From: a virus
DNA length: 64,000 bases
IMG/VR virus record: IMGVR_UViG_3300043313_001220
Span: 30,375-94,374 of that record
Reading direction: 5' to 3' (one strand)
Shown: one piece after another, positions 28,219 to 39,601 of the stretch
Numbering within the stretch: position 1 is the first letter of the stretch
Layout: every line of letters starts with the position of its first letter
Notes under the pieces: generated by a model
The model's database searches: none
What the model saw: only the letters and a program-made list of their open reading frames with translations
Told to the model about the DNA's origin: nothing
Position numbers and translations under genes: made by a program

Positions 28219-28710
28219 ATGGCGGATATCGTCATGCGCGTCTGCTCGCGGTGCAAGGAGGCCAGGCCGTTAGCGGCCTTTGCCAAGAAGGGTGGCCGAC
28301 CCGATGGCGTGAGTTCCTACTGTCGGCCCTGTGTGGCCCAGAGGAATAAGGAGTGGCGCGAGCAACCCGGCAGTCGAGAGCGCACGAGTGTCAGACATCG
28401 AGCTTGGGCGGAGGCCATCAAAGTAAAAACGCTGGCCCACTATGGGGGGGTCTGTGTCTGCTGCGGCGAGGACGACATCCGGTTCCTAACCTTCGACCAT
28501 ATTGACGGGGGCGGCAAGCAACACAGAAGGGCCGAGATGGGAAGCATGCCGCTGTCGAGGTGGCTACGTAACAACGGCTACCCGGATGGGTTCCAGATCC
28601 TCTGCTGGAGTTGCAACAGCGGGCGGCACTTCAACGGCGGTGTCTGTCCGCACCAAGACCCTGGCGGGCGCATCACATGCGCCTCTTACATTCCGCCGAC
28701 CAGCGCTTGA
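28219..28710 (+). CDS. HNH endonuclease (YGGxCxCCGE family)
   Basis: CSRC..CRPC; HYGGVCVCCGE...FLTFDHIDGG...QILCWSCN...GVCPHQ. Confidence 0.85.
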   Translation: MADIVMRVCSRCKEARPLAAFAKKGGRPDGVSSYCRPCVAQRNKEWREQPGSRERTSVRHRAWAEAIKVKTLAHYGGVCVCCGEDDIRFLTFDHIDGGGKQHRRAEMGSMPLSRWLRNNGYPDGFQILCWSCNSGRHFNGGVCPHQDPGGRITCASYIPPTSA

Positions 28711-29029
28711 CACACCGCTTGACAGGGGTGCGAGCCGGAGGTAGGGTACCGGCTGCACCCCTTCCCGCTACCCCCGGACGGACACCATATGACGACCACC
28801 CACCCCGCTCGCAACCAATCCGCGGCCACCCAGTGACCATCCAAGAGATCGGGGTGACCCTGGTGATCGTCGGGTTCTGCGCCTGGACGATCGCCTGGGT
28901 CGGCCTGATCTCCTACGGCCTGGTGTGGCTGCCCCGCGACCGGAGGGGGGCCACGATCTCACTCGGCGCGGGGTCTGTGATCCTCGCCAGCGGCCTCACC
29001 ATCCTGACCCAAGCCCCCGGAGGACTCCA

Positions 29030-30382
29030 GTGACTGACCCCACCGAGACCATCGCCGACCTGGAGCGCGAGCTCGCCAACATCCACAAGGTTCACATCGA
29101 CGACGTCCGGGCGCTGGTCCTACAGTTCGAGACCGAACAGGACCAATGGGCCGAAGAGCTGCGGAGGGCCCGCACCAGCGAGTGCGGCGCACTCTGCAAG
29201 GATATCGAGAACGACCGCGACGTTCTGGCTGAAGAGAACATGCTGCTGCGCGACCAGGGTGTGCCCGGGGTGATGCACGAGACTGACCGGGCGCTCTACC
29301 AGGCGATGGTCGCCGACCGGGACCGTTTCTCCGGCCTGCACCGCAACCTGGGTGAGCGTCAGCGGCGGCTGATCGGCGAGTATCGTGGGGCCCGATATGC
29401 GGTCAAGCTGGTCGGTGAGGTCGAGACCCTGCTGAGTGTCGCGCTCGGCAGGCCCGGGGGAGTCAACCGTGACAACCTGGTCGAATCGCTCGGCGAACTG
29501 ATCAAAGAGCGCGACCGGCACCGGGATTCTGCCTGGGCGCGGGTGTCCGACACCGAGGAGCACAACGACCAACAGCAGTCCATGCAGTACACGATCGAGA
29601 CCCAGCTGCGTGTCGATCGTGCGCCGCTGGAGGACCTCATCGTCCAGAAGCGCATCACGGAGGCGCAGACCCGCGAGGTCGAAGGGCTGGCCAACCGCCG
29701 CAACGAGCTGGTCCAGCGTGCCCTTGCAGCCGAGGGGCAGGTCAGGCGAATGGCCGACGAAGCCACACGAGAGGAGGCCCGGAGGGACCGGGAGATCAAC
29801 GAGGCGATCGCCGCCCGGGACGGCGCGTTGGCTGAGTGGTCCAAACGGTACAACGGCCTGGAATCTGCGGCCCAGACGGTCGGCCAGCAACTCACCCAGC
29901 AGATTCGGCGCAACGACCAGCTCCGCGAGCGGCGCAGCGCGGACACCCGCCTGCTGCGGATCGCCTTCAGCACGATCGAGGCCGGGTTGCATGAGGGCGG
30001 CTGGCAGAACCGCCCGGATTGGCTGGAGCGGACCCGCGAGTGGGTTGCGGCATTCCATGCTCGCGAGGACGCGCGGCACGCGCCCACCGGGGTCGACCCC
30101 CTGGACGGATTTGCGGTCCGGGCGTTCAGCAACGGGGCCCGAGAGCTGGTTCAGCTGGCCCACCGCGAATGTGACCCGCGCACCTATCCGGAGGCCCCTG
30201 GCGGCATCCAGTTGACAGTACTGACCCGCGACGCGCACTGGCACATGGCGCAGTTCCACGACGAACAGCCCGACGAGGCATCTCCCGACGACGAGAAGTC
30301 GCCGTGTGAGGACATCTGCCACCCGAGCCAGGGTGCGTGCTGCGGCAACCCGGGAAAGCCCCCCACGGAGGTTAACGAATGA
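29030..30382 (+). CDS. coiled-coil hypothetical protein
   Basis: Heptad-rich 450 aa ORF with GGAGG RBS. Confidence 0.6.
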   Translation: MTDPTETIADLERELANIHKVHIDDVRALVLQFETEQDQWAEELRRARTSECGALCKDIENDRDVLAEENMLLRDQGVPGVMHETDRALYQAMVADRDRFSGLHRNLGERQRRLIGEYRGARYAVKLVGEVETLLSVALGRPGGVNRDNLVESLGELIKERDRHRDSAWARVSDTEEHNDQQQSMQYTIETQLRVDRAPLEDLIVQKRITEAQTREVEGLANRRNELVQRALAAEGQVRRMADEATREEARRDREINEAIAARDGALAEWSKRYNGLESAAQTVGQQLTQQIRRNDQLRERRSADTRLLRIAFSTIEAGLHEGGWQNRPDWLERTREWVAAFHAREDARHAPTGVDPLDGFAVRAFSNGARELVQLAHRECDPRTYPEAPGGIQLTVLTRDAHWHMAQFHDEQPDEASPDDEKSPCEDICHPSQGACCGNPGKPPTEVNE

Positions 30383-31166
30383 ACGGCAAGCACAAACTTC
30401 CGCTCGCCCTGGCAGCCGCAGCAGTCCTCGCGCTGACCTGCGGGCTCGGTATCTGGGTCGTCGGAGGCGGCCCCAACCCCGCCCCGGTCCAACAGCAGCA
30501 ATGGGTCGAGACCGAAGACTGCGACGCCGAAGACTGGGCCAACTACGAGGCAGAATGCTACCGGGCCAGCCCGAAAGCGAAGACCACCCCCCGCAAGACT
30601 GCCGCGCCGAAGGCCCCGACCGCCCGCAGGTCGCGGTGAACCCCGCCCGGAGGTTCCACCGCTACCTGGGCTGCCGGACCTGCGGGGTCGAAGCCGGCAA
30701 ACCCTGCTGGCGGGTGCCCGTCCGGGAGGCCACCCCCGCCTACGCGCGCGCCACCAACATGACCCCCCACCCGGGGCGCGTCTTCACCCGCGAGCGGTGC
30801 GGCCTGGGACGGGGCGGTCTGGTGGCCAGCGACTGCAACCTGCCGCCGAACCACAGCAGTGAGTGGCACGTCAACAAATACGACCAGAGGTGGAGGGCGT
30901 GATGAAGCAGGTCCAGCTGCCTGACAGGATCAGCTACGACATGGTCACGACGGCCCTAAAGGCGCTCGGGCTGGAGCGAGGTAACTCGGCCTGTGTGGAG
31001 ATCTCTGGAGACGAGGTCACCGTGAGTCTTGGGGTGGCCGGTGGCAATGGCAGTATCACGCGCGTCTACCCGGTCAACGCGATGCCCGTCCGTTTCGCCC
31101 CACGAGAGGACGCGTAGACCGGCCCCACGCCCTGATCGGACATCCCCCAATAGAAGGAGAGAAGCA

Positions 31167-31661
31167 ATGCGCAGGACCAGGACCCCCTGGCACGAATCGA
31201 ACAACCCCGGGACGCTGGTACGCGGCGCGACCTGGCGCGGCTGGGTCTGGGTGATCACCGCCGTGGTCATGGTCGGCCTGATCCTCGGCGGTGTCTGGTG
31301 GTTCAAGGTTGCCACCTCCGAGATCAAAGGCGCGGGCGACGCGACCATCCAGATCAACAGCGGCAAGAACCAGATCGCCGTACAGGAGGCATTCGAGGAT
31401 CTGTACGGCAACATCCTGGCCTACGACCGCAACCTCGACCAGGCGGCCCGCGACAAGGCCGAACACCCCGGCGACAGTTTCTTCGCCACCAATTACAGCG
31501 GCCTGGTGAAGACCTGCAACGACGCGGTCACCAAATACAACGCCGACGCACGCAAGGTCAGCCGCTCGAAGTGGCTGACCAACGACCTGCCGTTCGAGAT
31601 CGACAGCAGGGACCCCCTCACGGACTGCCGTGAGACCAATTACAAGGAGACCCCCCGATGA
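31167..31661 (+). CDS. membrane protein
   Basis: TM helix WVWVITAVVMVGLILGGVWW; AGAAGGAG RBS. Confidence 0.7.
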   Translation: MRRTRTPWHESNNPGTLVRGATWRGWVWVITAVVMVGLILGGVWWFKVATSEIKGAGDATIQINSGKNQIAVQEAFEDLYGNILAYDRNLDQAARDKAEHPGDSFFATNYSGLVKTCNDAVTKYNADARKVSRSKWLTNDLPFEIDSRDPLTDCRETNYKETPR

Positions 31662-32221
31662 ACGGCAACATCCCCCCGGCCGACCACCGGCCGTTGACCC
31701 GCACCCAGAAGATCCGCGCCGGCATCCTGGTCGGTTTCTGCGGCGCGCTGGCCGTGGTGTTCCTCACTGCCAGCTCGTGTGACTCGGAGTCCGACTCCAG
31801 CGAAGCCGCCCGTGCGGACCGTGAGGCAAAAGCTGCCAGCGTGGTCCTGTGCGGTGCGGCGAACGACTCGCTGGAGTGCAAGAACCTAGCCGAGCGCGAG
31901 AAGCGCAACTCTGACCCGAGCAAGATCCAGTACGTCTACCTCTACAACTTCGACGGGTCGATCAAGGGCTACTTCACCATCAAGGGCAAGGTCTCGTCGA
32001 CCCAGTCCCAGATGGGCCCGATGGACATCCTAGTTGACGGCTGCACCCGCGCCGGGGAAGACTGCCCGCAGCCGATGGAGGCCGCCGGGGACGACGGGTC
32101 GTTCGGCCCGAACGAATCCGGGATCTTCTTCTTCACCACCGAAGGCATCATGGTTACCTACAGCGGCGACTACCTGCTGTCCGATGCTCCGTTGAAGCTA
32201 GAGGTCAAGAAGCTCAACTGA
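31658..32221 (+). CDS. putative lipoprotein
   Basis: Hydrophobic signal ending LTASSC; GYFTIKGKVSS, DDGSFG.N..GIFFFT. Confidence 0.65.
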   Translation: MNGNIPPADHRPLTRTQKIRAGILVGFCGALAVVFLTASSCDSESDSSEAARADREAKAASVVLCGAANDSLECKNLAEREKRNSDPSKIQYVYLYNFDGSIKGYFTIKGKVSSTQSQMGPMDILVDGCTRAGEDCPQPMEAAGDDGSFGPNESGIFFFTTEGIMVTYSGDYLLSDAPLKLEVKKLN

Positions 32222-32307
32222 CCTGCCAGCTGGACAGGCGGCCCGGTCTCTGGTGTAGTTGTGGAGACCGGGTCGCCCCCTATCGACCCCCGAGAGAGCG
32301 GACAGCC

Positions 32308-32676
32308 ATGCAAGACCCGACCTGCGCCTTCTGCCGGATCATCGCCGGGACCAGCTCGGCCGAGATCATCGCTGAGTGGCCGGACACGATCGCTATCGTC
32401 CCCCTGGACCCGGTCACCCCGGGGCATCTCCTGGTCATCCCGAACGCCCACGTCGAGGACTTCATCCACGACCCGTTGGTTACAGCCACGACTGTTGCCC
32501 GCGCCGCCGAGTTGGCCGACAATCTGCGGATCGACCCGGCGAACCTGATTACCAGCGCCGGGCGGCTGGCCACCCAGAGTGTGTTCCACCTCCACTTCCA
32601 CCTCATCCCGCGCAGGCGCAACGACAAGATCCAGCTGCCGTGGCACTCCGGCAAACACGGGGAGGCAGCGGCATGA
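32308..32676 (+). CDS. HIT-family nucleotide hydrolase
   Basis: CAFCRII; PVTPGHLLVIP; QSVFHLHFHLIPR. Confidence 0.92.
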   Translation: MQDPTCAFCRIIAGTSSAEIIAEWPDTIAIVPLDPVTPGHLLVIPNAHVEDFIHDPLVTATTVARAAELADNLRIDPANLITSAGRLATQSVFHLHFHLIPRRRNDKIQLPWHSGKHGEAAA

Positions 32677-33378
32677 GCCGGGTGTTCTACCACGAGCGCA
32701 CCAATGCGCGTCACTGCGGCCAACCGGCGCGGTTGCACATCATCCGGGAGGACCACCCGGCCAAGGTCGGTGGGATCGGCCACTGCAACCTGCCGCTGCG
32801 GGACGGCGTTCTGCTCGCCGACATGCCGCTCTACCCACCCGCCGGGCTCGCCTGGTGTCCGATCTGCATCGGCAGGTTGGCCGGCGTGCTGGATATGCTG
32901 GGCAGCTTGGCCCGGTTGTTGGCCGGAGTCGAGGCCAACCGTGCTGCTGATGAACTGGAGGAGAGCCCGTGACCCCCGACGACAAGGATTGGGATACTGC
33001 TGTTGACTGGCTCCTGAACAGCGGGCTCGTCGACCAGGATGCTCTGGACGCCTTCTGGATGCTGTCGCAGGGCTTCTGCACCGAAGGCGAAGCCGACCGG
33101 GGGGCCATGGACGATGGGACCCCGATGCGCGTGGCCCGAGCAGCACACAACCCGGGGGGCAGGCGATGACCCCCGGCATGCTCGTCGCCGGTCTAACAGC
33201 AAGGAGGCGCTGACATGTTGCCACGCTACGCCGCTATCTGGCGGGCCGCCTACGAAGAGATCCCCCCGGGTGACGAGGAGATGCGGCCCAGCCTCGCCCA
33301 CGCGATCGCATCGGCGGTTGAGGCCGGTCTGAGCTGGACCAGTCCTGATGCTGGCCCCCCGGCCGAACCGGAGGAATC

Positions 33379-33822
33379 GTGAAGACCATCCATATTGCCA
33401 TTGGCAACAGCGACGACGAGCTGACCCAGGCCGAATGGTCCGCGTTCACCAAGGCTGTTGACACCGAGGTCCGAGCGGCCTGCGCCTATGCCGGCACAAA
33501 GGTCCACGGCTGCTGGCATTCACTGCCGAACGCCCCTTGGCAGAACGCCTGCTGGTCGATCGGGGTCACCGACGACATGGCACACGTCTTGACGCCCCTG
33601 CGGTTGGCGCTGGGGACACTGTGCTATCAATATCGCCAGGACTCGATCGCCTGGACCCTCGGCGACACCGAGTTCATCGCCCCCACCGACCCGGTTGACC
33701 ACGCCGTGCCCGCCGAACCGCCCCAGGTCGGCGACGACTACCTGCCTGACGCGGATGCCGACCATCTGAGCTGGGGGGTCGCCGCCCACGAGTGGGACGA
33801 CCGGATCGAGCGTGAGCTGTGA
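33379..33822 (+). CDS. hypothetical protein
   Basis: IAIGNSDDELTQAEWS...PWQNACW...YRQDSIAW. Confidence 0.65.
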   Translation: MKTIHIAIGNSDDELTQAEWSAFTKAVDTEVRAACAYAGTKVHGCWHSLPNAPWQNACWSIGVTDDMAHVLTPLRLALGTLCYQYRQDSIAWTLGDTEFIAPTDPVDHAVPAEPPQVGDDYLPDADADHLSWGVAAHEWDDRIEREL

Positions 33823-34272
33823 GCGTAGAACACACCGAAACACCCCCTGAGGCACCCTGCGAGGATCTCGAACGTGGCGCGCTCCGGTTCTGGTTCTACG
33901 AGGGTGTCGTGCTGGAGGCCGCCGATCACAGCCTCGTGAGCACGAGCGATCTGCTGGAGTTCGCCCAGTACGCGCAGAAGCACTATCCGGGTAGCAAGGT
34001 GCAGGTGCACGCCTATGGTCTGCGCGTGACCAAGACGGCCGGTACCGTGGGGCCGCGCCTGGAATGGAGGGACTGGGACTGATGGGCCGACCCGCGCGGA
34101 TCAGTATCGGGATCAAGATCGGCCACCGGATGTACGAGGATGTGCTTACCGTGTCGGTCGGGTTTGACGGCGTGGCGACCAACGAGAACATCGCGGATGG
34201 TCTGGAGATGCTCGCCAAGGCAATCCGCGAGCAGATGGCGACAATGAAAGCGCCGAGAGAGGGGGCTGCCCC

Positions 34273-35172
34273 ATGAAGGTCAACCTCGTCAGTCGCGATA
34301 ACGGGGTCGGCCTGACCCACGACATGGGGCTGCTGGAGAGCATCTTGCAACCTGCCGGCCATCAGACCCTGCGGGTCGACTGGCGTGCCCCGACCATGCC
34401 GAAATGCGACGTCGCGATCTTCCTCGAACTGTTCAACCCGAACCTCGCCCGCTACACCCGCGGCATGGTCGGGATCTTCAACCTTGAGTGGTTCCTGCCA
34501 CGCTGGAGGCCCTACCTGCCCCGGTTCAAACAATTGTGGGCCAAGAGCCGCGAGGCTGAAGGCGTCTACAACCGCCTCGGGCTGCGCAACCACCGGTACA
34601 CCGGGTTCCTGACCCGCGACCTGTACGACCCGGCCGTGACACGCGAGGCCCGGGTCTTCCATCTGGCCGGGCATTCCAGGCTGAAGAACACCGAGGCGGT
34701 GATCAAGACCTGGAAGGACCACCCGTGGCTGCCGCCGCTTACCATCGTGGCCAACAACGAGTATGACACCCCCGAAGGTGTCACCCTGCTCGGCCGGCAG
34801 ACCGACGAGCAGATCAAACACCTGATGAACAGCCACCAGATCCACCTGTGCCCCAGCCGCACCGAAGGGTGGGGCCACTACATCACCGAAGGGCTGTCGA
34901 CCGGCGCGGTGGTGCTGACCACCGACGCCTCGCCGATGAACGAACACGTCCACTCCAGCGGGCTGGCGCTGATCCCGCCCGCCAGTTCGGTGCCCCGGGG
35001 GCGGGTGGCCGAACACACCGTCAGCTCGAAAGCCATCGCGGCAGCGGTAGAGTGGGCGGCCGGTCTGTCCAACTACGAACGGGAGCAGATCGACCAGCAG
35101 GCCCGCACCCACACGGCCGCACGTAACGCGGCCTTCACCGAGACCGCACTCAGCTTACTCAGGAGGATCTGA
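34273..35172 (+). CDS. GT-B glycosyltransferase (GT4-like)
   Basis: HLCPSRTEGWGHYITEGLSTGAVVLTTDASPMNE (EX7E motif). Confidence 0.88.
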   Translation: MKVNLVSRDNGVGLTHDMGLLESILQPAGHQTLRVDWRAPTMPKCDVAIFLELFNPNLARYTRGMVGIFNLEWFLPRWRPYLPRFKQLWAKSREAEGVYNRLGLRNHRYTGFLTRDLYDPAVTREARVFHLAGHSRLKNTEAVIKTWKDHPWLPPLTIVANNEYDTPEGVTLLGRQTDEQIKHLMNSHQIHLCPSRTEGWGHYITEGLSTGAVVLTTDASPMNEHVHSSGLALIPPASSVPRGRVAEHTVSSKAIAAAVEWAAGLSNYEREQIDQQARTHTAARNAAFTETALSLLRRI

Positions 35173-35175
35173 ACC

Positions 35176-35781
35176 ATGCACATGCACGAGATCATCGACC
35201 AGCAGCTCGCGGCGTTCCGTGCCTTGACCGGTCGGACCGCATTGAACATCGTCGAGACCGGATCGATCAGGTTCAACACTCCGGAGCACGAGCAGGGCGA
35301 CGGCTGGTCAACCCTGCAGTTTGCCCGCGACGTGCAGGCCAACGGAGGCAACCTGATCAGCATCGACCTGGACACCTCGGTGGCGCGCGAGGTGCTCACC
35401 CAGCGTGGGATCGAGGTGGAGGACAACTCCGACCTGTGCGGCATCCACCTGGTCGAAGGCCACTCGATCGAGGTGCTCGCCCATATGGCGCTGATGGAGA
35501 ATGGCTACCAGCTCCAGCGGCCGATCGATGTGCTGCTGCTGGACAGCGACAACGATGCTGACCTGATCCTGCACGAATGGCTGGTCGCCAAGCAGCTGCT
35601 GTCTGGCGATGCGCTGCTGATGGTGGATGACGTCGACCTCAGCTCCCCGAACGTGGTCAAGGGCCACAAGATCGCCCCGTGGCTCGACCAGTACGACGAG
35701 ATCGAGTACCGGGTGGTCCCCAGGACCGGCGGCGGGGTCCGGACCGGTGTCTTGACCGCCCACATCACCAGGGTCTGGTAA
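35176..35781 (+). CDS. class I SAM methyltransferase
   Basis: IVETGS...GWST; ISIDLD; IDVLLLDS; LLMVDD. Confidence 0.8.
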   Translation: MHMHEIIDQQLAAFRALTGRTALNIVETGSIRFNTPEHEQGDGWSTLQFARDVQANGGNLISIDLDTSVAREVLTQRGIEVEDNSDLCGIHLVEGHSIEVLAHMALMENGYQLQRPIDVLLLDSDNDADLILHEWLVAKQLLSGDALLMVDDVDLSSPNVVKGHKIAPWLDQYDEIEYRVVPRTGGGVRTGVLTAHITRVW

Positions 35782-36043
35782 TGGGCCACGGTGCAATGAT
35801 GGGCCACCCCCACAGCCTGCCCGACTGGGTCATCGACCTCGTGGCCGGACTCGCCAAGTACGACACCGAGCACCCGAAGTTGTACGCCCAATATGTGGGC
35901 AGCAGCGAGTGGCAGCAGGCCGACTGCCCGTGCGGGCTGTTGGAGTTGGTGCCGCACGAGGTGCGCATCTACACTGCCGGCTGGGCCGCCGCCAAGAGCC
36001 GACAGGCACTCGACGCCCCCCAGCCAGACGAAGGGACCCCCTG

Positions 36044-36931
36044 ATGCAGCTGGTCATCGTCCCCGCCTGGCGCAGACCCGAGTTCCTGTGGGCATGCCTC
36101 CAACGATTGCAGGCCGCCGACCGGCCGGACCTGCGGTACCTGATCTCCCAGGACCGCGGCCACACCTACGAGGTCGCCCGGATCGCCATTCAGTTCCGGA
36201 AACGGCTCGGCGCAGGCCGGGTCCAGATCGCCAGCCGCCGGCACAGCTACCACGGCAACAGCTTCAACGTGCTCGAATCCTACCGGGAGGCGGTCTCCGG
36301 GCGCGGTGCCGAGCCGGAGCTCGTCCACCTGGTCGAAGAGGACATCCTGGTCGGGGTCGACTACTTCGACTACCACGACCGGGCACACGCCCTGCACCCC
36401 GGCACGTTCGCAGTCAGCGCCTGCCGCAACCACCAATACCCGGTCGACGTCAACCCGCCAGCCGACCCGACCACGATCTACCGGCACCACAGCTATCAAT
36501 CCCTGGGGGTCAGCTTCAGACCGGAGGTGGTCCGACAATTCGCGGCCCACGCCGCCCGGCCTTACTACCGCTCGCCCGGCGCATACTGCAAGAGCGCCTT
36601 CCCCGACAGCGAGATCCCCGCTGGCCACTGCGAGCAGGACGGGCTGATCAACCGGGTCCGGGAAGCCGGCAACTGGACCACCGTCTACCCGACCGTCCCC
36701 CGGGCCTACCATGCCGGGTTCTATGGCTACAACCGGCGCGGCGGGTGGCTCAACCGGGAGGACAAGACGAGCGCGCGGCCCGAGCAGCGTGGCGCGCAGC
36801 TTCTCTCGATGGCCGGCGATGTGTTGAACAGCCGTGCGCGGCATTACAAGGATCTGACCACGACCCCCCTTGATGAGAATAGACCGGCGTTGACCCATTT
36901 GGTCGTCTGGCCGGAGTTGGGAGATCTGTGA
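36044..36931 (+). CDS. GT-A glycosyltransferase
   Basis: LVIVPAWRRPEFL; LISQD; HLVEEDILVG.DYF; EQDG; HAG. Confidence 0.8.
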   Translation: MQLVIVPAWRRPEFLWACLQRLQAADRPDLRYLISQDRGHTYEVARIAIQFRKRLGAGRVQIASRRHSYHGNSFNVLESYREAVSGRGAEPELVHLVEEDILVGVDYFDYHDRAHALHPGTFAVSACRNHQYPVDVNPPADPTTIYRHHSYQSLGVSFRPEVVRQFAAHAARPYYRSPGAYCKSAFPDSEIPAGHCEQDGLINRVREAGNWTTVYPTVPRAYHAGFYGYNRRGGWLNREDKTSARPEQRGAQLLSMAGDVLNSRARHYKDLTTTPLDENRPALTHLVVWPELGDL

Positions 36932-37854
36932 ACACCCCCCCTGGAGTCGACCCGCATTGCCGGGTCACGATGCTGATCCCGAGCCGGGACCGGCCACGGC
37001 AGGCGATCGAAGCCGCCATCTCGGCGATCGAGAACGCCGTGCTGCCCAACACGAACGTCCAGATCATTGCGGATGGCCACGACTGGGGCAGCCCGGTCGG
37101 GTTGCAGTACAGCGACGCCTGGGGCATGATGCGCCGCCAGCTGCCCGGGTACGCCCACCGGATTCAAGCAACCTATCAGGCCCCACATCTGGGGCTGGTC
37201 GCCACCCTGAACCGACAGGTCACCGTCACCGTGGGGGTCGATGGGTTGGCGAACGAGCACTGCTGCAACCAGGTCAACTGCGGGCGGGTCACCCACGTCG
37301 GGTTCATGGGCGACGACCACCGGATCCGCACCCCCGGGTGGGACCACACGCTGGCCGCAGCGGCGGGCCCATGGGGGATCGCCTACGGTGACGACGGCAT
37401 CCAGGGGGCGGAGCTGCCAACCGCGGTGGTGATGTCCGCCGATATCATCCGCGTGTTGGGGAAGATGGGGCCGCCGACCCTGTACCACATGTATGTCGAC
37501 AATTACTGGCGGACCCTGGGCGAGAGCATCAACGGTCTGACCTACGTGCCGGGTGTCAGCATCCCGCACCTGCACCCGTCCGTCGGTCTGGCCGAGCTGG
37601 ACGAGTCGTATATGCGGACCAACGCGCCGGAGCAGTACGAACGCGACAGCGCCGCCTGGGAGCTGTATCAACGGGTCCAGCTGCTCGACGACATCGAGCT
37701 GATCCTGCACCACAAGGGACGCGCTGCGCGGGAGCTGGAGATGTTGAAGGCGGCGGTGATGCACGGCCTGGTGTCTGAGAGGATCGCCATCCCCCCGGAG
37801 CTGGTGGCATTGTACCCGGAGGCCATCGCGAAGCTTGGCGAGGAGCAGTCGTGA
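36928..37854 (+). CDS. GT2-like glycosyltransferase
   Basis: MLIPSRDRP; GFMGDDH..RTPGWD; IAYGDD; HMYVDN; IPHLHP. Confidence 0.85.
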   Translation: MNTPPGVDPHCRVTMLIPSRDRPRQAIEAAISAIENAVLPNTNVQIIADGHDWGSPVGLQYSDAWGMMRRQLPGYAHRIQATYQAPHLGLVATLNRQVTVTVGVDGLANEHCCNQVNCGRVTHVGFMGDDHRIRTPGWDHTLAAAAGPWGIAYGDDGIQGAELPTAVVMSADIIRVLGKMGPPTLYHMYVDNYWRTLGESINGLTYVPGVSIPHLHPSVGLAELDESYMRTNAPEQYERDSAAWELYQRVQLLDDIELILHHKGRAARELEMLKAAVMHGLVSERIAIPPELVALYPEAIAKLGEEQS

Positions 37855-38390
37855 CCACGCCGGAGGAGCTGCCGACCGTCCACATCGTCCTGGGGCCACA
37901 CGACAGCACCCAGGCGTGCCCGGTGGATGCTGGTTGTGACGGACACACAGTCATCCCGCTGGGGTTGAGCACAGCCAGCGGGCCTCCCGAGGTCAAGTGC
38001 CTGCGGGTCTCGTGGCTGGAGGGCTACGACACCCCCCTGGTCGAGATGTGGGCCGAACGGGACCGCGACAGCTGTGACGGCCCGGCCAGCTACGCGTATT
38101 GGCGGGTCAGCCAGCCGTGGGTCACCGACCACGGGGAGTGGCTGCGGCTGCTGGGGACCGCCAAGGTGACCACGTTCGAGCCAGTCAAGCCGGCAGAGCC
38201 GAAGATGCGCGGGCCAGAACGGGCCGACCTTGGGTTCCTGGCGGACGGCGAGCGGCCTCCGCCCGCCCGTGGTCCGGACATCGTCGCCCGCGCCAAGCGG
38301 CAGCACGACCGTGAGTGCAGCTGCGACCCGCGATACCTCATGTCGTGCCCCCGTATGGCCCAGGCCATCCTCGATGCGGGGGTATCGTGA
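37851..38390 (+). CDS. hypothetical protein
   Basis: Coupled ORF. Confidence 0.55.
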   Translation: MTTPEELPTVHIVLGPHDSTQACPVDAGCDGHTVIPLGLSTASGPPEVKCLRVSWLEGYDTPLVEMWAERDRDSCDGPASYAYWRVSQPWVTDHGEWLRLLGTAKVTTFEPVKPAEPKMRGPERADLGFLADGERPPPARGPDIVARAKRQHDRECSCDPRYLMSCPRMAQAILDAGVS

Positions 38391-38902
38391 GTCTCCGCCT
38401 GCTGGTCACCGGCTCCCGCAAGTGGGTGCACACTGCATCGGTCAACGAGGTGTTGAGCTTCTACACCCGGCTGGCGTTCGAGTATGGCGAGCGCCTCGAA
38501 GTGGTCCACGGGGCCGCCCGGGATGGCGGAGACGCGCTCGCGGCTGGCTGGGTCGCGCGCTGGTCGAAACGCGGGTGGCCGGTGAGCCAGGACCCCCACC
38601 CGGCAAACTGGGCCGCCCCCTGCGACCCGAGATGCCACCACGGGCCGCGCGGTGTCCACAAGGACGGCCGGACGTTCTGCCAGTATGCCGGCCATCGGCG
38701 CAACAGCGCGATGGTCGCGTCGGGCGTCCAGGCATGCGTGGCGTTCTGGCGTGGCGGCTCGCCTGGCACCCGGGATTGCTTCGAGAAGGCCGAGGAGGCG
38801 GGGGTCACCCCGCTGGTGTTGAAGTGGGACGACCGGGAGCTGGTCAAAAATGAGTGGCTGATCCAGCACACCCCGGGCTTCAAGACGGCGCTGTTCTGGT
38901 GA
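38387..38902 (+). CDS. YspA/DUF2493-like SLOG-family protein
   Basis: LLVTGSR; VVHGAARDGGD; AGHRRNSAMV; AFW..GSPGT..C. Confidence 0.85.
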   Translation: MSLRLLVTGSRKWVHTASVNEVLSFYTRLAFEYGERLEVVHGAARDGGDALAAGWVARWSKRGWPVSQDPHPANWAAPCDPRCHHGPRGVHKDGRTFCQYAGHRRNSAMVASGVQACVAFWRGGSPGTRDCFEKAEEAGVTPLVLKWDDRELVKNEWLIQHTPGFKTALFW

Positions 38903-39601
38903 CCGGGAGAGTCTGATGCCGATAGTCAAGGTCACGTCGGGTATAGCGACGGTCGAGCTGGACGCGAGTGAGATCAGCATCAAAGAGCTGTGCGCGCAGG
39001 CGCTCGACACGCTGGAGAAGGCGCACCGGATCGAGCGCGAGGTCCACCGGGTCCCTCCCGCTGGGTTCGGGATGATCCAGCCGTGAGCGGCCTCCCGACG
39101 GCACGGCGGTGGAAGCGGTCAGATGTGACCACCGAGTTGCTGTGCTACGCGATCCACCGACACGAGATGGGGGCACTCGATATCTTGCACGCGGCCCTCG
39201 GCATACCGGCCAAGGTGCTGGTGGCGGCGGTGCACCGGGACGCCACCCGGGGGTTCGTTGACTGGGGCGTGTCGCCGTGGCGGCCATTCTTGGCTGCCCG
39301 GGGTTTGAACTGGATAAGAGCCGGACTATTCGAACGGAGCAAGTAGATGCAACCAGAACTACCGATCTCGCCCGACTCCAAGCCTGACGGGAGTTGCTGC
39401 TTGCCACCTGCCAAGCCAGAGGAGCGCCAGCACCGGGTTGATATCAGCAGCGATTATCCCGGTCCGGCTACGATGTCCGGTACCCAGACAGTGATCGGTG
39501 GGGACGAGTTTGTGGCCGCCGCCCTGCGTGCGTTCGCGAACAAGATCGACCCGCCGCCACCTCCGGTGGCCAAGCCACCCCTGCACCGCTGAAACACCAC
39601 A

